A stretch of 64,000 bases of DNA from an uncultured Chloroflexia bacterium (GTDB lineage: Bacteria > Chloroflexota > Dehalococcoidia > GIF9 > AB-539-J10). The stretch covers positions 654,274-718,273 of the forward strand of contig CAVYNS010000003.1 in the NCBI GenBank assembly GCA_963769975.1. Direction: 5' to 3'. Position 1 is the stretch's first letter. Each line of letters starts with the position of its first letter. The position numbers were made by a program, and so were the translations under genes. The notes under the pieces are model-generated. The model was not told the origin of the DNA, searched no databases, and was given only the letters and a program-made list of their open reading frames with translations. Positions 59,348-64,000 of the stretch are shown piece by piece.

Positions 59348-60511
59348 ATGAATTTTGATTTGAGCGAGGAACAGAATCTAACGCGCCAGGCCATCCGGTC
59401 TTTCGCCGAAAAGCAGATTGCCCCCGTCGCCCGAGAGCTAGACGAAAAGGAGGAGTTTTCTGTCGAGCTAACGCGCAAAATGGCAGAGTTAGGGCTGCTG
59501 GGGTGCTTTGTTCCAGAGAAATATGGCGGCTCCAATATGGGCTATATTTCATACGCAATTGCGGTTGAAGAACTGGCCAGGGTGGATGCTTCTCAGGCCG
59601 CTACTATTGCTGCCGGAAACTCTCTTGGAATCAGCCCCATCTACTATTTCGGTAACGAAAAGCAAAAGCAAGAATGGCTTCCCAGTCTCTGTTCGGGAGA
59701 ACGTCTAGCTGCATTTGGTCTGACGGAGCCTGATGCTGGCTCCGACGCCGGAAGCTCTCGAACCACTGCAACACTTAAGGGAGACCGCTGGACTATCAAC
59801 GGGCATAAGATTTTCATCACTAACTCGGCTTGCTCGTTAACCGGTGTTATTATTGTCCAGGCTGTCACTGGTAAGCATGAGGATGGCAAGCCAGAGATTA
59901 GTTGCCTTATCGTTCCCAGCGGCACACCTGGCTTAACAGCTAAAGAGATGAAAGACAAGATGATGTGGCGGGCATCTAACACGGGTGAACTCTTTTTCGA
60001 TGATTGTGTAGTGCCCAAGGAAAACCTTCTGGGGAAAAGAGGGGACGGCTTTCACCAAATGCTTGCCACGCTGGACGGCGGACGTCTCAGCATCGCTGCC
60101 ATGGGATTGGGTGGGTCTCAGGCGGCTTTCGAGTTGGCTTTACAATACGCCAATTCGCGCATCCAATTTGGACGGCCCATCAGTTCCTTTCAGATCAACG
60201 CTTTCAAGCTAGCCGACATGGCGTTAGAGATTGAACTGGCCAGGAATTTGCTCTACAAAGTCTGTTGGCTGCGAGAAAACGAACGTCCCATTACTAAAGA
60301 GGCGGCCATGGCAAAATTGTTCTGCTCCGAGGTTATGCGCCGCTGTGTCCATCACGCAGTGCAACTTCACGGAGGGTACGGGCTGATGAAGGATTATGAA
60401 GTTGAGAGATTATATCGGGATCAAAGAATTCTGGAGATCGGCGAGGGGACGTCAGAAATACTACGCATCGTGATTGCCCGTAACATCGGCGTGTCGGGAA
60501 GGGCAATCTAG
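59348..60511 (+). CDS. Acyl-CoA dehydrogenase with the canonical catalytic Glu.
   Basis: 'ILEIGEGTSEILRIVIA', where the YEGT-type Glu is present, and 'GSNMGYISYAIAVEEL'. Confidence 0.85.
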   Translation: MNFDLSEEQNLTRQAIRSFAEKQIAPVARELDEKEEFSVELTRKMAELGLLGCFVPEKYGGSNMGYISYAIAVEELARVDASQAATIAAGNSLGISPIYYFGNEKQKQEWLPSLCSGERLAAFGLTEPDAGSDAGSSRTTATLKGDRWTINGHKIFITNSACSLTGVIIVQAVTGKHEDGKPEISCLIVPSGTPGLTAKEMKDKMMWRASNTGELFFDDCVVPKENLLGKRGDGFHQMLATLDGGRLSIAAMGLGGSQAAFELALQYANSRIQFGRPISSFQINAFKLADMALEIELARNLLYKVCWLRENERPITKEAAMAKLFCSEVMRRCVHHAVQLHGGYGLMKDYEVERLYRDQRILEIGEGTSEILRIVIARNIGVSGRAI

Positions 60512-60524
60512 AAAGAAGGGCACT

Positions 60525-61214
60525 ATGAAAAAGGAGAAGGCAAAACGCAAGACTCCTGCCAGACTGAGTCCGGCTAAGGGTAAGGCGGCGAGACATGATG
60601 ATTTTCTCACCGATTCGGCTCACCTCACCCGCATACAAGAGGTAGAAGGGGAAAAAGAATCTCTGAGCGATCGGATTCGCAGGGTTCGAGAAATGCGGGG
60701 GCTTACCGTTAGGGACCTCAGTAGCCGAACAGGGATCAATATAGCTGCCTTGGAACGTATAGAATCAGGCGAAATAATCCCGGCATTAGGGCAGTTAGTT
60801 AGGTTAGGCAGAGCGCTTGATATGAAGATGGGTTACTTCATATCGCCAGGAATTGACAAGCTCATGACCGTGGTGCGCAAGCATGAACGACGGCCAATAT
60901 CTCGCTACGGAGAGACGAAGAGCATCGAGTGCGGCTACTTTTACGAATCCCTGGCCCCGGAAAAGGCTGACCGATTGATGGAGCCTTTTATTGTGACGCT
61001 AGTGCCAACAGACGTAGAAGAGTTCTCCACCCACGCCGGACAGGAGTTTATTTATGTCCTGGAGGGCGAAATGAAAGTGCAAGTTGGGGATCGCGTCGAC
61101 TTTCTCAAGCCCGGGGATGCCGTCTATTACGACTCTGATCAACCTCACTTCGTTAGATGTGCCGGCACCACTGCAACGAAGATACTGGCCGTTCTTTATA
61201 CGGGGTCAACATAG
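60525..61214 (+). CDS. XRE-family HTH plus cupin-domain transcriptional regulator.
   Basis: HTH_3 'LTVRDLSSRTGINIAALERIESGE' and the C-terminal cupin 'GQEFIYVLEGEMKVQVGDRVDFLKPGDAVYYDSDQPH'. Confidence 0.75.
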   Translation: MKKEKAKRKTPARLSPAKGKAARHDDFLTDSAHLTRIQEVEGEKESLSDRIRRVREMRGLTVRDLSSRTGINIAALERIESGEIIPALGQLVRLGRALDMKMGYFISPGIDKLMTVVRKHERRPISRYGETKSIECGYFYESLAPEKADRLMEPFIVTLVPTDVEEFSTHAGQEFIYVLEGEMKVQVGDRVDFLKPGDAVYYDSDQPHFVRCAGTTATKILAVLYTGST

Positions 61215-61354
61215 ACTACAAGACGAGCGAGACCTGCCACTAACTCCCCCCCACACAAAGACACGAATACCATGAACAGGGTTTAATGCGCTTTCTTGAG
61301 CTTCTCAGGTGCACTCTAGCGGGAATTCCAGGGACACCACGCCTCCAAAATTAG

Positions 61355-61393
61355 GCCTACTACAAATTAGGTATTATGTCCCCAGAATGCCTC
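61355..61393. repeat. 38-bp repeat 'gcctactacaaattaggtattatgtccccagaatgcctc'. An inverted copy forms the first 38 bases of the window (1-38).
   Basis: The reverse complement of 1-38 is 'gcctactacaaattaggtattattgccccagaataggc', about 33/38 identical. The chance expectation is about 1e-5. Confidence 0.6.
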
Positions 61394-61700
61394 CACATTT
61401 TAGTATTGCACAAAATAGCGTCTTGTGACTCCTTAACTCTGTGACATGCCTTGAATACTGTACAAAAGACTGTTGACAATTCCCTCAATAATGGTACTAT
61501 AGTGCAATAAGACTAATATAAAGCTGGTGGTCAAGTGGATGCGTCAGGGAGTTGCGGTAGTCCCGACTTCTGCTCAGTTCGTTTCAACAGTGTATCTACT
61601 GCTTCCCGACTCCAACAAGGATTTGATTCCTTCAAAATACACTCACTTGGCAAATGCAGTTAAGTTGGAATATGGAGACTACCTCTGGCAAGGAGATAGC

Positions 61701-62450
61701 ATGGAACTTTCAAATAGAACCGTTCTTGTAACTGGGGGTACGAGCGGCATTGGGCTTGGCATCGCTGAAGCTTTTCAACGATACAAAAGCAAGGTCATTG
61801 TATGCGGACGCGACAAAAAGAAGCTATCAAGGGTTGAAAAACAATTCCCTGATATCACAGCACTATTTTGTGATCTTGGAGATGCCGGGCAGAGAAAAGC
61901 TCTGGCCATGGATGTACTCCGTCGCTTTCCCAGCCTGGACATTCTAGTAAATAATGCTGGTATACAAAGATATGTCGATCTGAAAAAAGGGGCCGACGAA
62001 CTCAAATCTGGTGAAGACGAAATTGCAATTAATCTTGTTTCCCCGGTGGAACTAACCTCTTTATTCATCGGACACCTGATGCAAAGACCATCAGCAGCCA
62101 TCATCAATGTAAGCTCAGGGCTTGGGTTTATGCCAATGCTCGATACGCCCATCTACAACGCGACAAAAGCTGCTATTCATACTTACTCTCTAGTACTGCG
62201 GCAGCAACTTAAAGACACATCAGTCAAGGTAATTGAGATTGTTCCACCAATGGTCGACACTGACTTGAACAAAGAAGGGCGCAATGCCGCCCATGTAAAA
62301 TTTAGAGGGATTAGCGTATCAGAGTATATTCCAACCATCATCACTGGGCTTAAAAACGATGCGGAAATAATATTCTATGGTGAGGGAGAGAAAATCATGA
62401 CTGAACCTCGCGGCGAATCGGAAAAACGCCTGCTCACACCACGCTGGTGA
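61701..62450 (+). CDS. Short-chain dehydrogenase/reductase (SDR). The start is at the internal ATG with an AAGGAGA RBS.
   Basis: 'VLVTGGTSGIGLGIAEAF' and the 'YNATKAA' catalytic YxxxK. The track ORF start 61527 adds 58 aa with no domain. Confidence 0.8.
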   Translation: MELSNRTVLVTGGTSGIGLGIAEAFQRYKSKVIVCGRDKKKLSRVEKQFPDITALFCDLGDAGQRKALAMDVLRRFPSLDILVNNAGIQRYVDLKKGADELKSGEDEIAINLVSPVELTSLFIGHLMQRPSAAIINVSSGLGFMPMLDTPIYNATKAAIHTYSLVLRQQLKDTSVKVIEIVPPMVDTDLNKEGRNAAHVKFRGISVSEYIPTIITGLKNDAEIIFYGEGEKIMTEPRGESEKRLLTPRW

Positions 62451-62531
62451 GCCGTCCTTGATCCAAACTATATTTCTTAATGGGAGACGTTCAACTAATC
62501 AAGTAGAGCAATAGTAAAGGTGCGGAGGAAT

Positions 62532-63173
62532 ATGAAAAACAACACCGCTGAAGATTTGAGCCCCATCAAACTTCCCAAACCAGTTTTTCCCCATTGCAGT
62601 ACAGTCTTCGAAGCTCTGAAAATGAGAAGAACCTGTCGAGCGATCAGTGACAAAAAGATCCCACTGCAGATTTTGTCGGATATGCTCTGGGCTGCACAGG
62701 GAGTCAACCGTGTTCACGGCCCTTTTGGGGGCCCGGGCCGTACTGCTGGTTCAGCGAGCAATTCACAGGAGATCTCTGTCTATGTTGCGAAAGAAGAGGG
62801 AACATATTTATACGAGCCCGATTCTCACACGATGACTCCGGTTGCAGCTGGTGATAATCGCTCTCTGGCAATCGGGCCGGGACAAAGAACGTCTGGGGCA
62901 AACGCTCCTGTTCGATTTATCTACGTCGTGGATGTCGATAAGTTCAAGACAGCAGGATATCAGGAACCGGGACTCTATGATCCGGAGGTTCAGAAATCAT
63001 ATTACTTTGTTGACACTGGCCTGATTGCACAAAATGTCTATTTGGCAACATCTGTATTGGGACTGGTTTCGTGGTTTCACAACTGCAATAAGACTAAACT
63101 AGCCAAAATACTCCGGTTGAAGCCACATCAGCGAGCGCTTTTCGGACAGACAATCGGTTATGCTGACGAGTAA
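62532..63173 (+). CDS. Nitroreductase-family (SagB-type) oxidoreductase.
   Basis: 'RRTCRAISDKKIP', 'LWAAQG' and the overall length. There is a GGAGGA RBS. Confidence 0.7.
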   Translation: MKNNTAEDLSPIKLPKPVFPHCSTVFEALKMRRTCRAISDKKIPLQILSDMLWAAQGVNRVHGPFGGPGRTAGSASNSQEISVYVAKEEGTYLYEPDSHTMTPVAAGDNRSLAIGPGQRTSGANAPVRFIYVVDVDKFKTAGYQEPGLYDPEVQKSYYFVDTGLIAQNVYLATSVLGLVSWFHNCNKTKLAKILRLKPHQRALFGQTIGYADE

Positions 63174-63264
63174 GCAAGCTCTGATTATTTCATTCTACGC
63201 CACTGCAATCAGTATTTATTACGGGTTGACGTTCATCCCGATGTTTGTTCAGTGGTAATAAATT

Positions 63265-63969
63265 TTAGCCTTGGTTAAGGGGTAATAATTCTGGCTGTTT
63301 TACTATACTGTTTCCGCGTTTGAGGAATCGGGTTATAGCCCCATCCAGAGCTTCCATCCGACCATCGGCATAAACCTTCAGGCAGCTTCCGGAAGGAATT
63401 CCATACCCTTGTGTATCCTCCTCCTTGAGCTTAAGAGCTGATTTCAACTCTTCCCAATCGTCCGCTTCGGCATGAGTATCACAAATGATCGGTGCTATTC
63501 CAAGGCAAGGGAAGAGTTCTGTGCTGGAATCATCGTCTGGGTCTCTCCATCGGACCCATTCTCTAGCTAGTATAATGCTTCCAGCAGAAACTCCAAAGAG
63601 AACCTTCCCCTGCTTGAAGAGGTCTATCAGGAATCCCGTCATGTTCTTTTCTTCCAGAACCCGCATACCCGCCTCCACATCCCCACCACTCATGAAAATG
63701 GCATCCGACGATTTCAAAACGGCCTGTGCTTTATTTAGATCGGCTTTTTGGGCAGCGATTACTACCCGTTTGATCCGGCAATCTCTGGCTTGCTTAATAA
63801 TGGCGGATATCATTAAATAGAAAGGCCAGTTATCTCCACTCGCTACACCTACGTAGGCAATGGTCGGCTGGATTTTCCCCGTATCCTCTAGAATCGTCCT
63901 AATGATAGCCTTGAAGGATTTCTCGTCCCTCCCACCACCAATCAAATAGACTGGTTTTGGAACATTCAT
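63265..63969 (-). CDS. Peptidase S51 (dipeptidase E/cyanophycinase-like) family protein.
   Basis: 'IFMSGGD' and Ser nucleophile 'FGVSAGSIIL' motifs in a class-I glutamine amidotransferase-like fold. Confidence 0.65.
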   Translation of the reverse strand: MNVPKPVYLIGGGRDEKSFKAIIRTILEDTGKIQPTIAYVGVASGDNWPFYLMISAIIKQARDCRIKRVVIAAQKADLNKAQAVLKSSDAIFMSGGDVEAGMRVLEEKNMTGFLIDLFKQGKVLFGVSAGSIILAREWVRWRDPDDDSSTELFPCLGIAPIICDTHAEADDWEELKSALKLKEEDTQGYGIPSGSCLKVYADGRMEALDGAITRFLKRGNSIVKQPELLPLNQG

Positions 63970-64000
63970 AGATGCAACTTTATTCGATCCTCCATTAGTG

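Overview
This 64 kb window reads as a chromosomal segment of a free-living anaerobe, about 50% GC and densely coded on both strands. A Dehalococcoidia-like Chloroflexota origin is only an inference, from the BNR/Asp-box S-layer-type protein, the AmmeMemoRadiSam pair and the pyrophosphate-energised pump. From the 5' end the window contains: (i) a cell-envelope block: a 38-40-aa tandem-repeat RCC1-like propeller protein, a prepilin peptidase, a 1157-aa BNR/Asp-box S-layer-like protein, and two tandem paralogous Ig/FN3-like surface proteins. All three large surface proteins end in the same tripartite C-terminal module (FN3-like domain, P-x-W motif, TM helix, Arg-rich tail). (ii) a lone phage-type terminase large subunit with a small basic partner ORF. 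(iii) housekeeping genes: pit with its DUF47 partner, rarA, AMMECR1 plus radical SAM, ABC substrate-binding protein, radC, prfB with the classical +1 frameshift, nfi, hppA, rpsP, recO, pheA, ffh, rpoD-dnaG-dgt, ppsA, ruvAC, yebC, mtnA, and two tRNAs. (iv) two CoA-thioester modules: a tandem ACAD pair with two NDP-forming acyl-CoA synthetase alpha genes, and a compact TetR-thiolase-DUF35-CoA-transferase AB-ACAD-XRE/cupin operon next to tRNA-Gly and tRNA-Lys. Non-coding structure is unusually rich: two families of palindromic repeat elements, AT-rich 'TTAGGATTT' motif arrays, a degraded duplicate of the nfi 5' end upstream of hppA, and a 38-bp repeat present inverted at both window edges. No CRISPR array, rRNA or obvious integrase was seen. 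All functional calls come from motif recognition by eye; no searches were run.
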